Shown here: piece after piece, positions 1 to 11,701 of the stretch
How the letters are laid out: every line of letters starts with the position of its first letter
How positions within the stretch are numbered: position 1 is the first letter of the stretch
Made by a program: the position numbers and the translations under genes
Source of the DNA: Lachnospiraceae bacterium
Lineage (GTDB): Bacteria; Bacillota; Clostridia; Lachnospirales; Lachnospiraceae
DNA length: 64,000 bases
Direction of reading: 5' to 3'
NCBI GenBank assembly: GCA_016286035.1
Contig: JAEERY010000020.1
Span: 244,020 to 308,019 of the forward strand
The notes under the pieces: generated by a model
Databases searched by the model: none
Told to the model about the DNA's origin: nothing
Seen by the model: only the letters and a program-made list of their open reading frames with translations

Positions 1-380
1 AATTCAGTGAAAAGGGAGATGACAGAGGTCATCTGGTTGTAGTAGAGGCAATAAAGGACATACCATTTGAGATAAAAAGAGTTTTTTATATCTACGGATC
101 AGATTCTGAAGTCATAAGAGGCAGACATGCAAACAGAAAAACTGAATTTGTGTTAATAAATGTTGCCGGCACAAGCAAGGTTAAAGTTCATTATCCAAAT
201 GGTAATGAATGTGTATTCTCTTTGAATAAGCCTCATACAGGTATATATATTCCTAAGATGGTCTGGAAAGACATGTATGACTTTTCCAAAGATTCCGTAT
301 TGCTTGTATTGGCTAGCGAATACTATGATCCGAGTGAGTATATAAGAGATTATGACGAATATTTAAAAGAGATAATGTGA
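1..380 (+). CDS. fdtA: dTDP-6-deoxy-3,4-keto-hexulose isomerase (FdtA/QdtA, WxcM-like cupin), 5'-truncated by window edge
   Basis: Reading frame is open from base 3. Translation ...RGRHANRKTEFVLINVAGTSKVKVHY...SVLLVLASEYYDPSEYIRDYDEY matches the FdtA fold signature RGxHAH plus C-terminal ...VMMVLASDYYDE.DYIR.YD. The ORF track shows only the internal Met at 150. Confidence 0.7.
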   Translation, partial: FSEKGDDRGHLVVVEAIKDIPFEIKRVFYIYGSDSEVIRGRHANRKTEFVLINVAGTSKVKVHYPNGNECVFSLNKPHTGIYIPKMVWKDMYDFSKDSVLLVLASEYYDPSEYIRDYDEYLKEIM

Positions 381-384
381 TATT

Positions 385-1494
385 TCAATGAAGCTTCTGA
401 CTTACGAGTTCGGAAGCTTTTTTTAGTACATACGATAAAGCAATATCGGTACATAATACAAATAATGTTTTTACAGGATATGACATATCTGCTTTTTCTG
501 CAATCGCAACAAATATAAACTGAAACAGATACATAGGCGTAGCAATTGAAGTAAAGAATGATAGTATTCTATTATCGGGTTTCAGATATATAAGTATCAT
601 GATGAGAAGAAGTATGAAGCCTATACATAATATATTGTTAGACAAGGCATACATCATCTCGGTCACTTTGAAGGTCTGACCTGTTAACTGAGAGTAGTTT
701 AACAAAGAAAGTATAAGTCCCAAACCGGTGAAAAATATGGCTATAAGTTTTCCACTTAGATTTTTTAATCTGTCCAATATCAGATCGATATTTTCATAGA
801 ATACTATTCCTAAAGGAAAACAGATTATGCTGGCGAACCAGCATCTGGTATATCCTGTCATATAAAGGATGGCACATATTATGACAATAAACGTGCATAA
901 CAGTGCGATCCTGTATTTTTTTACAAATCTAAACACAATAAAGAAACATATATACAAGAGCATGAGTTCTCTCATATACCAGTTTGTTCTGACAAGTGCA
1001 GATTTTGCAAAGATCAGCGGGTCAGTTGGAATATCCTTGAAATCCGTAGCTACCGGTGAAATGTATGCTATCAGCGTAACAATGATCAATGCTTCGATTG
1101 CCAGGATGAGCAGCTTGAGGATCCTGTGTTTAATGAAACTGTCCATGTATCCGAGCTTGGTATAATATGAACGTGCAAGACCATATCCTGAAACAAAGAA
1201 AAAATAGCCTACACTTATGAGCATGAAATTTCCTAATGGAGTCAGAGGACAGGATTCATAACGGACACAATGACCTATTACGATCTCAAGTGCAAAGATT
1301 CCGCGCAGAGAATTCAAAGAGAAGAACAGTTCGTCTCTTTTTTGAATGTCGGTACGCTTGATCTGAAACAAAAGTATGAAGGCCAGAAATATATATATTG
1401 CTATACAGAAGATTAATTGGATCATTTGGAGAAATCTATATCTATTAAATCTGACAATATTATCGTTGATATTATCTCCTATAAATGCCAACAA
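385..1494 (-). CDS. acyltransferase family 3 membrane O-acyltransferase (polysaccharide O-acetylation)
   Basis: 369 aa, about 10 predicted TM helices, hydrophobic throughout, acyltransferase-3-like architecture. Adjacent to a deoxysugar isomerase. Confidence 0.45.
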   Translation of the reverse strand: MLAFIGDNINDNIVRFNRYRFLQMIQLIFCIAIYIFLAFILLFQIKRTDIQKRDELFFSLNSLRGIFALEIVIGHCVRYESCPLTPLGNFMLISVGYFFFVSGYGLARSYYTKLGYMDSFIKHRILKLLILAIEALIIVTLIAYISPVATDFKDIPTDPLIFAKSALVRTNWYMRELMLLYICFFIVFRFVKKYRIALLCTFIVIICAILYMTGYTRCWFASIICFPLGIVFYENIDLILDRLKNLSGKLIAIFFTGLGLILSLLNYSQLTGQTFKVTEMMYALSNNILCIGFILLLIMILIYLKPDNRILSFFTSIATPMYLFQFIFVAIAEKADMSYPVKTLFVLCTDIALSYVLKKASELVSQKLH

Positions 1495-1566
1495 TGCAAC
1501 GATTATTGAGATAAACAGGTCGTTCTGATATAATTGGTTTGGTGATTAGACAGGACTTTTGATCGC

Positions 1567-3558
1567 TTGATAATAAGAAGTTTAAGTAAACTGATAAGTG
1601 TTTTTATGGATGCAAAAGTGACAAAACCATATGGGATTATAAAATATATCGCAGCCTGGGGTATTATTCCCATGGCTTATTTGTCGTGGTGCTTTTCGAC
1701 CGTATCTTATAAAAGCAGTGTTTTTTTATATCTTTCGGGTATTCTGGGAATATTATGTGCAATAGCGTATATGCTGATCGCAAAAAAAGCTGTTAAAGAT
1801 AACCCATCCCATGAATCAGAAATAAGATCTCTTAATATATCCATATTGTTTGTATCTGTGCTGTTTGAATTCATCATACATAATGAGTATCTTCCTAAAG
1901 GTAGATGGATGATCTATCTTACAGTAACCTCATGGATCGCGGTTTCTGCTTTGAACCTGAAAGACATTTGCAGTAGGAATCTGATCTTGTCTGTAGCGAT
2001 ATGGATAAAGCAGCATATACTGTTATTTATATTGTTACTGATATTGATATTATTATCCCTTGACAGCAATATGTATCAGTTCAAATGGGACGGTCTTTTG
2101 TACTATATAGCGGTAAGAGATGCGAGCCTAAGATCTGTTAGCAGTGTTGCACTTTATGGCCATATTGCAATGGGTTCCGGGGTTATATACAGATTTTTTG
2201 CTTCACTTATCGGTGATGTATGCAGTGGTATGATAGCTGTGAATATTGTGATGCTTCTTGCGGGTACATGTGCGTTTTACGGATGTATAAAGAGAATATG
2301 TCCAAATCGTAAAGAGTACGAATATGTACTGGCAGCATCATGCTTTGGTTTTTCTCCTTTTCTGCTGGGTATGGTGAATTACTTCAGTACGGACTGGTGT
2401 ACTGTATGCTGTGCTGCGATATTAATATACTTTGTTCTAAGCCGAAGATGGATATGGACAACGATAGCTGCATGCATATTCTGCACGACAAAGGAACCGG
2501 CACTGATAGCTTATACGGGATTGTGTCTTGGTCTTGTTATTTTTGATATTACAAAGGAACAGGATATAAAGAGCGGTTTCATTGGTCTGTTTAAAACAGT
2601 GCATTATTATTTTATGCTGATCCCATATCTGATATGGATAGCCACATATAAGGTTTTAGGACAGTGGAGTGCCGGAAATGGTGCTTTCGGACTTGATGTT
2701 CAGTATATATATGAGAAATCGAAAGTTTTCTTTTTGATCAACTTTAACTGGGTACTTACAATTATTGTAATTGCAGGTATAGTTTACCTGTTAGCAGTAA
2801 AGACATTTAAAGATCATATTTTGTGGATATTGCCATTGCTTTGCAGTAATGTATCTCTTTTAATCTTTAACTATGCATTTAAAACAGTAAACCACTGCAG
2901 GTATATAGACAGTTTTATATCAGTCAGCCTTGTTATGGCAGTAGGCTTTGTTTTTGCACTCGTTAGTAAGGAGTGGATCAGAAATACTGTCATGGTGGTG
3001 TTAGCGATTATCAGTCTGATCTCATGTTACAGATGTATAGATCCTGTTTCAAGGATTGCTTTTGACAGTAAGAATGTGGGGGATTCGTCCATTCTATCTA
3101 CAAGCGATCTTTTCTTTGGAGATTCCGCCATATACAACAAACAGATGCTCTGGATGGAGAATCCTATCGAAAAAGCGATAGAAGACAGTTTAAATGAAGA
3201 TACGGCTGTTGTCATGGCTATAGCCGACAGATCGATCTATTCATTTGATGGAATGTCGGAAAAAATCAGTATGACTGATGACATTGATAAGGATATCCAA
3301 TACTGGAACAATGATAAAAATCGACGTGTACCGTATGCGAGCGAGCATGCCTATGAAAATACACCTGTAACTGTCTGGCATGTGGCTGACGGGACTCCTA
3401 TAGATGAGATAGATTGTTATGATAAGGATATAAGTGTTATATATATTAAGGGAATAAATAATTATCAGATCTCAAACAGGTATGCTTTGAAAGATACCAG
3501 AGATTATCAGTACAGAGGCTGGATCATCACAAGAGATGTTTATGGACTGTTAAAGTGA
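1567..3558 (+). CDS. polytopic membrane protein with C-terminal soluble domain (putative GT-C-like glycosyl/polymer transferase)
   Basis: 663 aa. N-terminal ~470 aa is multi-TM, C-terminal ~190 aa is hydrophilic. Sits immediately upstream of a GT2. Confidence 0.35.
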   Translation: MIIRSLSKLISVFMDAKVTKPYGIIKYIAAWGIIPMAYLSWCFSTVSYKSSVFLYLSGILGILCAIAYMLIAKKAVKDNPSHESEIRSLNISILFVSVLFEFIIHNEYLPKGRWMIYLTVTSWIAVSALNLKDICSRNLILSVAIWIKQHILLFILLLILILLSLDSNMYQFKWDGLLYYIAVRDASLRSVSSVALYGHIAMGSGVIYRFFASLIGDVCSGMIAVNIVMLLAGTCAFYGCIKRICPNRKEYEYVLAASCFGFSPFLLGMVNYFSTDWCTVCCAAILIYFVLSRRWIWTTIAACIFCTTKEPALIAYTGLCLGLVIFDITKEQDIKSGFIGLFKTVHYYFMLIPYLIWIATYKVLGQWSAGNGAFGLDVQYIYEKSKVFFLINFNWVLTIIVIAGIVYLLAVKTFKDHILWILPLLCSNVSLLIFNYAFKTVNHCRYIDSFISVSLVMAVGFVFALVSKEWIRNTVMVVLAIISLISCYRCIDPVSRIAFDSKNVGDSSILSTSDLFFGDSAIYNKQMLWMENPIEKAIEDSLNEDTAVVMAIADRSIYSFDGMSEKISMTDDIDKDIQYWNNDKNRRVPYASEHAYENTPVTVWHVADGTPIDEIDCYDKDISVIYIKGINNYQISNRYALKDTRDYQYRGWIITRDVYGLLK

Positions 3559-3590
3559 TATATTGGTAAAGGGTTAGGGGTATATCGGAA

Positions 3591-4301
3591 ATGGACAAAC
3601 TTTATATAGTTATTCCTGCATACAATGAAGAACTGAATATAAAAAGATGTGTTGAGGAATGGTATCCGATCGTTGAGGCTCACAATGAAAGCGGTGAATC
3701 CAGACTTGTTATTGTAAACGATGGTTCAAGAGATAATACCAGTGAAATTCTGAATGAGCTTTCACAGGAAAAAACTTTACTCGTTACTTTGAACAAAGAA
3801 AACGGCGGGCATGGCTCGGCTCTTTTGTATGGATATAAATATGCTATCAAACAGGATGCTGATTGGATATTTCAGACCGATTCCGACGGACAGACAAACC
3901 CGAATGAATTTGAAGGCTTCTGGGAGAAAAGAAATGATTTTGATGCTGTTATAGGAGAGCGTCATGATCGCGGTGACGGTGCAGGCAGAAAATTCGTTGA
4001 AGATGTTGTCTGTATTCTGCTCAGACTTGTATTTAGAGTATCCGCAAAGGATGCCAATGCACCTTTCAGACTGATGAAAACGGATCTGGTAGGAAGGTAT
4101 ATAGACAGATTACCTATAGATTTTAACATCCCCAATATAATGTTTGTAGCATACTTTTTGTATTATAAGGAAAATGTTACATTCAGTCCCATCACATTTA
4201 AACCAAGGACGGCGGGTAAGGCTTCGATAAACCTAAAGAAGATAATCAAAATAGGCATAAAAGCTGTTGGGGATTTTTACAGACTCAGGAAAGAAATGTA
4301 A
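3591..4301 (+). CDS. glycosyltransferase family 2 (polyprenyl-phosphate sugar synthase-like)
   Basis: N-terminus YIVIPAYNEELNI...VNDGSRDNT with a DxD-type motif (QTDSDG). Confidence 0.7.
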   Translation: MDKLYIVIPAYNEELNIKRCVEEWYPIVEAHNESGESRLVIVNDGSRDNTSEILNELSQEKTLLVTLNKENGGHGSALLYGYKYAIKQDADWIFQTDSDGQTNPNEFEGFWEKRNDFDAVIGERHDRGDGAGRKFVEDVVCILLRLVFRVSAKDANAPFRLMKTDLVGRYIDRLPIDFNIPNIMFVAYFLYYKENVTFSPITFKPRTAGKASINLKKIIKIGIKAVGDFYRLRKEM

Positions 4302-4333
4302 TCATACGGATTTGAATGTCATGAGGAATTCAT

Positions 4334-5404
4334 ATGTCAGATAAGATCAATATATTGGATTATGAAACTGTAGAACTGGATACTGATACAAACGAACTTG
4401 TCATTATAGATCAGACGAAGCTTCCTGGAAATATAGAGATCGTAAGATTAAAAAGTGCCCAGGAAATATGGGATGCGATATATCTTTTGAAGGTAAGAGG
4501 AGCGCCTGCGATAGGTGTTGCAGCTGCTTTTGGACTTTACATTCTTGCAACACAGATCAAGGCTGATTCGTTTGAGGGTTTTTATAAAGAGTTTGTAAAG
4601 AATAAAGAATTTTTGAATTCTTCAAGGCCAACTGCTGTGAATCTAAGCTGGGCGCTTAACAGGATGGATAAGCTTGCCTGTACAATGAAAGAATTTAGTA
4701 TAGATGAAATACTCGAAGCCCTGAAAAAGGAAGCAATAACGATAAAAGAGGAAGATATAGCTGTATGTAAAGCAATCGGTGAATATGGCCTGACTCTGGT
4801 AAAGCCGGGGGACGGCATTCTGACTCACTGCAATGCAGGTCAGCTTGCTACATGCAAGTATGGTACTGCGACGGCTCCTATTTATCTTGGACATGAGAAA
4901 GGATACGGGTTTAAGGTATATGCCGATGAGACACGTCCATTGCTTCAGGGGGCGAGACTTACGGCTTTTGAACTTCAGAGTGCCGGAGTCGATGTTACGC
5001 TCATATGCGACAACATGTCCGCGACTGTTATGAAACAGGGAAAGATAGACGCTGTATTTGTTGGATGTGACAGAGTCGCTGCAAACGGTGATACGGCAAA
5101 TAAGATCGGGACAAGTGTGGTCGCTACTGTAGCAAAGCATTACAACATACCTGTTTATATCTGTGCACCAACATCTACGATAGATCTTGATACACCTACT
5201 GGTAATGAGATAAAGATAGAGCAAAGACCGGATACGGAAGTGACAGAGATGTGGTATAAGGAGCGCATGGCACCTGAGGGTGTAAAGGTATATAATCCGG
5301 CATTTGATGTGACCGATCATGAACTGATAGCAGGTATAGTTACGGAAAACGGTATTGCATATGAACCGTATACCGAGAGCTTAAAAAGGATGAAAAACAT
5401 ATAA
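4334..5404 (+). CDS. mtnA: S-methyl-5-thioribose-1-phosphate isomerase
   Basis: [17 protein letters not shown] and [18 protein letters not shown] are near-identical to MtnA/eIF2B-family signatures. AGGAA RBS upstream. Confidence 0.8.
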   Translation: MSDKINILDYETVELDTDTNELVIIDQTKLPGNIEIVRLKSAQEIWDAIYLLKVRGAPAIGVAAAFGLYILATQIKADSFEGFYKEFVKNKEFLNSSRPTAVNLSWALNRMDKLACTMKEFSIDEILEALKKEAITIKEEDIAVCKAIGEYGLTLVKPGDGILTHCNAGQLATCKYGTATAPIYLGHEKGYGFKVYADETRPLLQGARLTAFELQSAGVDVTLICDNMSATVMKQGKIDAVFVGCDRVAANGDTANKIGTSVVATVAKHYNIPVYICAPTSTIDLDTPTGNEIKIEQRPDTEVTEMWYKERMAPEGVKVYNPAFDVTDHELIAGIVTENGIAYEPYTESLKRMKNI

Positions 5405-6489
5405 TGAAATACTATATGCCGACAAAACTCTATAGCGGTCACAACTGTGTTAAGGAGCATGCTGATGAACTGGCGTCTTTTGGAAAGCATGCACTCATAG
5501 TTACAGGCAGAGGTTCTGCAAGAAAGAATCATTCACTTAAAGATATAACGGATGTACTTGACAGCAGAGGCGTATCATATACAATATTTGAGGGTGTCGA
5601 AGAAAACCCTTCGGTTGAGACTGTCATGAAGGCTACAGCAATCGGACTTGATGTTAAAGCCGATCATGTCATCGGTGTAGGCGGAGGATCTCCGCTTGAT
5701 GCTGCCAAGGCTGTGGCTCTGATGATCAACAATCCTGACAGATCATGGGAATTTCTTTATGAGAACACCAAAGCAGAGGCGTTACCGATCATTGCTGTTC
5801 CGACAACCTGCGGAACAGGATCTGAGGTAACAGGCGTGGCTGTTCTTACCAGACACGACCTTAAAACAAAGATATCAATGAAACACAAGGTGTTTCCAAA
5901 TCTTGCTCTGGTTGATGGAAAGTATATCCTTTCAGCACCAAGATCACTTGTGATCAATACAGCGATAGATGCATTTGCACACCTTGTTGAGAGCGCTGTT
6001 AATTCAAATGCAGATTATTACAGTCTGCTTAACGTGATAGGCGGTATATCACTTTGGAGAAGCTGCAGACCGTATATAGATGATCAGGATCCCATGGCTT
6101 CTAAGCTTGATGAGGCATCGGCACTTAGACTTATGGAAGCATCCGCGATAGCGGGTATTTCGATAGCTCAGACCGGAACGTCGCTTCCTCATGCGTTAAG
6201 TTATATGCTCACTTATGAACTGGGAATACCTCACGGACCGGCATGCGGAATGTTTCTTGCACGATATTTGGAGCTTTCTGATGATAAGATAAAGGATGAT
6301 ATTCTTGCAGCGGCAGGCTTTGAATCGTGCGAAGAACTGGGAGTATTCATCGACAGGCTGGCCCCTGTATCAGCCAATAAAGAAATACTTAAACGTTCTG
6401 CCAAAAGCGTTTTATCAAATACAGCAAAACTAAAGAATTGCCCATATAATGTAGATGAGAAAAAAATGGATTATATTGCGGGAGTATAG
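5404..6489 (+). CDS. iron-containing (group III) alcohol dehydrogenase
   Basis: GGGSPLDAAKAVAL NAD-binding motif typical of Fe-ADH. Start overlaps the mtnA stop (ATAATGA), indicating translational coupling. Confidence 0.8.
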   Translation: MKYYMPTKLYSGHNCVKEHADELASFGKHALIVTGRGSARKNHSLKDITDVLDSRGVSYTIFEGVEENPSVETVMKATAIGLDVKADHVIGVGGGSPLDAAKAVALMINNPDRSWEFLYENTKAEALPIIAVPTTCGTGSEVTGVAVLTRHDLKTKISMKHKVFPNLALVDGKYILSAPRSLVINTAIDAFAHLVESAVNSNADYYSLLNVIGGISLWRSCRPYIDDQDPMASKLDEASALRLMEASAIAGISIAQTGTSLPHALSYMLTYELGIPHGPACGMFLARYLELSDDKIKDDILAAAGFESCEELGVFIDRLAPVSANKEILKRSAKSVLSNTAKLKNCPYNVDEKKMDYIAGV

Positions 6490-6503
6490 ATCAAGGAGGA
6501 AAT

Positions 6504-6908
6504 ATGTTAAAACAGGTATCAATTTATGCAGAGAATGTTAAGGGTAAGATGTTGGAGATCACAGAGACTCTTACAGAGCAGAATATAAACATTCTGGGAT
6601 CTGTTACGAATGATTCGGCCGAATACGGTATCGTAAGGATGGTTGTTGATGATCCGATTAAGGCAACGCAGGCTTTAAAGGATAAAGGCATCATATGCAA
6701 GCTTACGGATGTAATAGGAGTTGAGGTTAAGGATGAAGTAGGTAATCTGAACAGGCTTCTTAAAGCTCTTAACGATGCAAATATCAATGTTCATTATCTG
6801 TATCTGTCATTCAACAGAGTATCCGGATGTCCCATAATGGTACTTCATACAGATGATACAAAAGAAGTTGAGAGCAGTCTTAAGTCCAAAGGATTTTCGC
6901 TCTGCTAG
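6504..6908 (+). CDS. ACT-domain protein (tandem ACT)
   Basis: 134 aa with two ~65 aa beta-alpha-beta-beta-alpha-beta-like segments. GGAGG RBS. Confidence 0.5.
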   Translation: MLKQVSIYAENVKGKMLEITETLTEQNINILGSVTNDSAEYGIVRMVVDDPIKATQALKDKGIICKLTDVIGVEVKDEVGNLNRLLKALNDANINVHYLYLSFNRVSGCPIMVLHTDDTKEVESSLKSKGFSLC

Positions 6909-6942
6909 GATGCTGTAAACAGAATAATAAAATTGCTTTTTG

Positions 6943-6984
6943 CGCCTTTTAGTGTTAGTATAGAAAAGGCGCACTTTTTTTATG
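6943..6984 (+). terminator. rho-independent terminator
   Basis: GCGCCTTTT...AAAAGGCGC stem followed by a T7 run. Confidence 0.7.
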
Positions 6985-7065
6985 TGTGAAAGAATGGAAA
7001 GCAATATCGGTCACATGATTTCAAAGTGCCAAAATACATAGTATTTAAATATTTTTATATATCAT

Positions 7066-7995
7066 ATGGAGGATGTTATGACCAAGAATTTTGAAGGTTT
7101 ACTTTCAAAAGTAAATGAATGCGAGACAAAAAAACTGGCTGTTGCCGTTGCACAGGACAAACCCGTGCTTGAAGCTGTAAAGCTTGCTAAGGAGCGTAAG
7201 ATCGCAGATGCCATACTTGTCGGTGATGAAGAGCAGATCAGAGCGATCGGTGCTGAGATCGGCATGAACATGGATGAGTTTAAGATCATAGATGAGAAGG
7301 ATGTTGTTGAGGCATCATTAAAGGCTGTAAAGCTTGTACATGACGGTGAAGCTGATATGTATATGAAGGGTATACTTCCTACAGGTACATTCTTAAAGAG
7401 CGTACTTAACAAAGAAGTCGGTCTTCGTACGGGTAAGCCTCTTTCTCATGTCTGTGTGTTTGAGATCCCCGGATTTGACAGACTTTTATTCCTTACAGAC
7501 GTTGCATTTATGCCTTATCCGACTCTTGAAGAGAAAAAGTGCATGATAGAATATACCGTAGATGTAGCTAAGGCATGCGGTGTTGATGATCCCAAGGTAG
7601 CAGTACTTGCTGCTCTTGAAACTGTAAATGAGAAGATGCCCTGCACAGTAGATGCGGCAGAACTTTCACGCATGCAGGAAGCTGGAGAGATAAAGGATTG
7701 TATAGTTGAAGGACCTCTTTCAATGGATATAGCTCTTTACAAAGAAGCAGCAGAGGAAAAGGGAGCTCTTGGAAGAAAAGTAGCAGGTGATGCAGATATA
7801 CTTGTTTTCCCTGATATCCATGCAGGTAACCTTGTTTATAAGACAATGGTTCACATGGTAGACTGCAAGAACGGTAACATCCTTACGGGAACCAAAGCAC
7901 CCGTTATCCTTACATCACGTTCGGATTCTGTAGAGGTTAAGATCAATTCCATAGCTCTTGCGGCAGTTGTTGCAGAGCAGATGAAAAACAGATAA
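7066..7995 (+). CDS. ptb: phosphate butyryltransferase
   Basis: 309 aa PTA/PTB family. Followed at 30 nt by butyrate kinase. GGAGGATG RBS. Confidence 0.85.
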   Translation: MEDVMTKNFEGLLSKVNECETKKLAVAVAQDKPVLEAVKLAKERKIADAILVGDEEQIRAIGAEIGMNMDEFKIIDEKDVVEASLKAVKLVHDGEADMYMKGILPTGTFLKSVLNKEVGLRTGKPLSHVCVFEIPGFDRLLFLTDVAFMPYPTLEEKKCMIEYTVDVAKACGVDDPKVAVLAALETVNEKMPCTVDAAELSRMQEAGEIKDCIVEGPLSMDIALYKEAAEEKGALGRKVAGDADILVFPDIHAGNLVYKTMVHMVDCKNGNILTGTKAPVILTSRSDSVEVKINSIALAAVVAEQMKNR

Positions 7996-8025
7996 AAAGA
8001 TTTTGATTAGAGAGGAAGTACTGAT

Positions 8026-9093
8026 ATGAGTATAAAGAGTTTGATAATCAATCCCGGTTCAACATCAACAAAGATCGGTGTTTTTGAAGATGAGAATTTA
8101 CTTTTTGAAGAAACCCTTCGTCACAGCACGGAAGAAATAGCAAAGTATGCTACCATAGCTGATCAGAAGGATTTCCGTAAAGCTATCATTATGAATCTTC
8201 TTAAAGAGAAGAACTTTGATATTAAATCACTTGGTATGGTTGTAGGTCGTGGCGGAATGCTTAAGCCTATCCCCGGTGGTACATATGCTGTAACGGACGA
8301 TCTGCTTCATGATCTTGTTATCGGAAAGCAGGGACAGCATGCATCAAACCTTGGAGGTATGCTCGCACGTGAGATCGGAGACGAGATCGGCGTACCTTCA
8401 TTTATAGTTGATCCTGTTGTTGTTGATGAGCTATGTGACGTTGCAAGATATTCGGGTGTTCCGGAGCTTCCCCGTACATCGGTTTTCCATGCACTTAACC
8501 AAAAGGCTGTGGCAAAGCGTTATGCAAAGGAAACAGGTAAAGCCTACGATTCACTTAATCTTATTGTTGTTCATATGGGTGGCGGAGTTTCAGTCGGTGC
8601 TCATAAGAACGGTAAGGTCATAGACGTATTCAACGCACTTGACGGTGACGGTGCATTCTCTCCCGAAAGAGCAGGTGCTGTTCCGGTAGGAGCACTTATA
8701 AAGATGTGTTTCTCAGGAGAATATACAGAGAAGGAGATCTATAAAAAGTTTGTCGGTAACGGCGGATTCAATGCCTACCTTGGAACAAACGACATGAGAG
8801 ATGTCGAAAAGATGGTAAGTGAAGGCGATGCTAAGGCAAAAGAGATAAGAGATGCATTTATATTCCAGGTTTCAAAGAATATAGGTTCAATGTCTTGCGT
8901 ACTTAAAGGTAAGGTGGATCAGATAATCGTTACCGGTGGTATCGCATATGACAAGGAAGTTGTTGCAGGACTTAAAGAAGCAGCTGAATGGATCGCACCT
9001 TTCACTGTATATCCCGGAGAGGATGAGCTTCTTGCACTTGTTCAGGGCGGACTTCGTGTTATGAACAAAGAAGAAGAGGCTTGTGTGTACTAA
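8026..9093 (+). CDS. buk: butyrate kinase
   Basis: N-terminus [15 protein letters not shown] and acetate/butyrate kinase fold. Classic ptb-buk pair. Confidence 0.9.
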   Translation: MSIKSLIINPGSTSTKIGVFEDENLLFEETLRHSTEEIAKYATIADQKDFRKAIIMNLLKEKNFDIKSLGMVVGRGGMLKPIPGGTYAVTDDLLHDLVIGKQGQHASNLGGMLAREIGDEIGVPSFIVDPVVVDELCDVARYSGVPELPRTSVFHALNQKAVAKRYAKETGKAYDSLNLIVVHMGGGVSVGAHKNGKVIDVFNALDGDGAFSPERAGAVPVGALIKMCFSGEYTEKEIYKKFVGNGGFNAYLGTNDMRDVEKMVSEGDAKAKEIRDAFIFQVSKNIGSMSCVLKGKVDQIIVTGGIAYDKEVVAGLKEAAEWIAPFTVYPGEDELLALVQGGLRVMNKEEEACVY

Positions 9094-9113
9094 AATATCA
9101 TTAGGAGTTTTCG

Positions 9114-11681
9114 ATGAGTAAGATTGTAGATAAAGTCTTCGGTACTCACAGCGAGAGAGAACTGAAGAGGATCATGCCGCTCGTTAACAAGGTTGAAAGC
9201 CTCAAACCTACCTTTGAGGCAATGTCTGACAGCGAGTTAAAGGACATGACAAGAAAATATAAGGAGCGTCTTGCGCAGGGAGAGACTTTGGATGATCTTC
9301 TTCCTGAGGCGTTTGCCACAGTAAGGGAAGCTGCCAGAAGAGTTCTAGATATGGAACACTTCAGAGTACAGATAATAGGCGGTATCATCCTTCATCAGGG
9401 TCGTATCGCTGAGATGCGTACAGGTGAAGGTAAGACACTTGTATCCACGCTTCCTGCTTATCTGAACGCCTTGACGGGTGAGGGAGTATATATCGTTACC
9501 GTCAATGATTATCTGGCAAAGCGTGATGCTGAATGGATGGGACAGATCCATGAGTTCCTGGGCCTCAAGGTTGGAGTTGTTTTAAATTCAATGACCTCAG
9601 AAGAGAGACAGGCGGCTTACAGATGTGACATTACTTATGTTACTAACAATGAGCTTGGTTTCGATTACTTAAGGGATAACATGGTCATTTATAAGGAGCA
9701 GCTTGTTCTTCGTGATCTTAAGTATGCGATCATCGATGAGGTAGACTCGGTTCTTATAGATGAGGCAAGAACTCCCCTTATAATATCAGGTCAGAGCGGA
9801 AAGTCTACGAAGCTCTATGAGGCATGCGATCTGCTCGCACGTCAGATGCAGCGTGGTAAGGATATGGAGGATCTCTCCAAGATGGATGCCATCATGGGTG
9901 TCGTTCAGGAAGAGACCGGTGACTTCATAGTAAATGAGAAGGATAAGATCGTTAACCTGACTGAACAGGGCGTAGGTAAGGTTGAGCAGTTCTTCCATAT
10001 AGACAATCTGGCTGATCCTGAAAATATAGAGATACAGCATAATATAATCCTCGCTCTTCGTGCACATAATCTTATGTTCAGAGATCAGGATTATGTTGTT
10101 AAGGACGATCAGGTCCTTATCGTAGATGAATTTACCGGACGTATCATGCCCGGAAGAAGATATTCGGATGGCCTGCATCAGGCTATCGAAGCAAAGGAAC
10201 ATGTTAAGGTTAAGCGTGAGTCAAAGACTCTTGCAACGATCACGTTCCAGAATTTCTTCAACAAGTTTGAGAAGAAAGCCGGTATGACCGGTACCGCTCT
10301 TACTGAAGAAAAAGAGTTCAGAGAGATCTACGGCATGGATGTTATCGAGATTCCCACAAACCGTCCGATAGCGCGTATAGATTATGACGATGCCGTTTAT
10401 AAGACAAGAAAAGAAAAACTCAATGCCATTGTGGAAGCCGTCATGGAGGCTCATGAAAAAGGTCAGCCTGTACTGGTTGGTACCATTACGATCGAGGCCA
10501 GTGAGGAACTGTCCGCAATGCTTAGAAAACGCGGTATTGAACATAAGGTCTTGAATGCCAAGTTCCATGAGATGGAAGCAGAGATAGTTGCCGAAGCCGG
10601 TATACATGGCAAGGTAACCATCGCTACAAACATGGCCGGTCGTGGTACCGATATCAAACTGGATAAAGAGAGCTTAGAGGCCGGAGGACTTAAGATCATC
10701 GGTACAGAACGTCATGAGAGCCGTCGTATCGATAATCAGTTAAGAGGTCGTTCGGGACGTCAGGGTGATCCCGGTGAATCAAGATTCTATATCTCGCTCG
10801 AAGATGATCTTATGAGACTCTTTGGTAGTGAGAGACTGATAAATATGTTCAATGCACTCGGTATCCCTGAGGGACAGCAGATCGAGCATAAGATGCTCTC
10901 AGGTGCAATAGAGAATGCACAAAAGAAGATCGAAGGCAACAACTTCGGTATCAGAAAGAATCTTCTTGAGTATGACCGCGTTAATAATGAACAGCGCGAG
11001 ATCATGTATGCTGAACGTAGAAGAGTACTTGACGGTGAGAACATGCGTGATGTCATCTATAAGATGATGACTGATATAGTTGATGGAAGCGTTGATACAG
11101 CGATCGGAGACGATAATCATCCCGAAAACTGGGATTTCAGAGAGCTCAATGAACTGTTGCTTCCTATCATACCTCTTCAGCCTGTAAGTTTAGAGCGTTT
11201 TGACGGAAACAATAAGGGCGCATTAAAGCAGCAGCTTAAGGAAGAGGCTGTTAAGCTGTATGAAGCAAAAGAAGCGGAATTCCCGGATCCCGAACAGGTA
11301 AGAGAACTTGAGCGAGTAGTACTTCTTAAGACCATAGACAGAAAGTGGATGGATCATATCGACGATATGGATCAGCTGCGTCAGGGTATCGGACTTCAGG
11401 CATATGGTCAGAGAGATCCTCTTGTAGAATACAAGATGACCGGTTATGACATGTTTGAAGAGATGACGGACAGCATTCGTGAAGATACTGTAAGAATGCT
11501 CTGCCATGTAAGAGTCGAGCAGAAGGTTGAACGTGAACAGGTTGCCAAGGTGACCGGAACGAACAAAGATGATACTGTGGCAAAAGCTCCCGTAAAGAGA
11601 ATGGAATCAAAGGTATATCCCAACGATCCATGTCCGTGCGGAAGCGGAAAGAAATACAAGCTTTGTCATGGCAGAATCTGA
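9114..11681 (+). CDS. secA: preprotein translocase ATPase SecA
   Basis: 855 aa with DEAD motor motifs and a C-terminal Zn finger [14 protein letters not shown]. Conserved secA-prfB adjacency. Confidence 0.95.
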   Translation: MSKIVDKVFGTHSERELKRIMPLVNKVESLKPTFEAMSDSELKDMTRKYKERLAQGETLDDLLPEAFATVREAARRVLDMEHFRVQIIGGIILHQGRIAEMRTGEGKTLVSTLPAYLNALTGEGVYIVTVNDYLAKRDAEWMGQIHEFLGLKVGVVLNSMTSEERQAAYRCDITYVTNNELGFDYLRDNMVIYKEQLVLRDLKYAIIDEVDSVLIDEARTPLIISGQSGKSTKLYEACDLLARQMQRGKDMEDLSKMDAIMGVVQEETGDFIVNEKDKIVNLTEQGVGKVEQFFHIDNLADPENIEIQHNIILALRAHNLMFRDQDYVVKDDQVLIVDEFTGRIMPGRRYSDGLHQAIEAKEHVKVKRESKTLATITFQNFFNKFEKKAGMTGTALTEEKEFREIYGMDVIEIPTNRPIARIDYDDAVYKTRKEKLNAIVEAVMEAHEKGQPVLVGTITIEASEELSAMLRKRGIEHKVLNAKFHEMEAEIVAEAGIHGKVTIATNMAGRGTDIKLDKESLEAGGLKIIGTERHESRRIDNQLRGRSGRQGDPGESRFYISLEDDLMRLFGSERLINMFNALGIPEGQQIEHKMLSGAIENAQKKIEGNNFGIRKNLLEYDRVNNEQREIMYAERRRVLDGENMRDVIYKMMTDIVDGSVDTAIGDDNHPENWDFRELNELLLPIIPLQPVSLERFDGNNKGALKQQLKEEAVKLYEAKEAEFPDPEQVRELERVVLLKTIDRKWMDHIDDMDQLRQGIGLQAYGQRDPLVEYKMTGYDMFEEMTDSIREDTVRMLCHVRVEQKVEREQVAKVTGTNKDDTVAKAPVKRMESKVYPNDPCPCGSGKKYKLCHGRI

Positions 11682-11701
11682 GACTTGTAATTGATATATT
11701 A

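Noticed and set aside
4643-5320. 225-aa - strand ORF
   Set aside because: It lies entirely antisense within mtnA, whose product has unmistakable family motifs. Cys/Arg-rich composition is typical of antisense artefacts.
9146-11659. Multiple 70-140 aa - strand ORFs
   Set aside because: They are antisense to secA. The same reasoning applies to the - strand ORFs inside tex, rpoB, rpoC and the GT genes.
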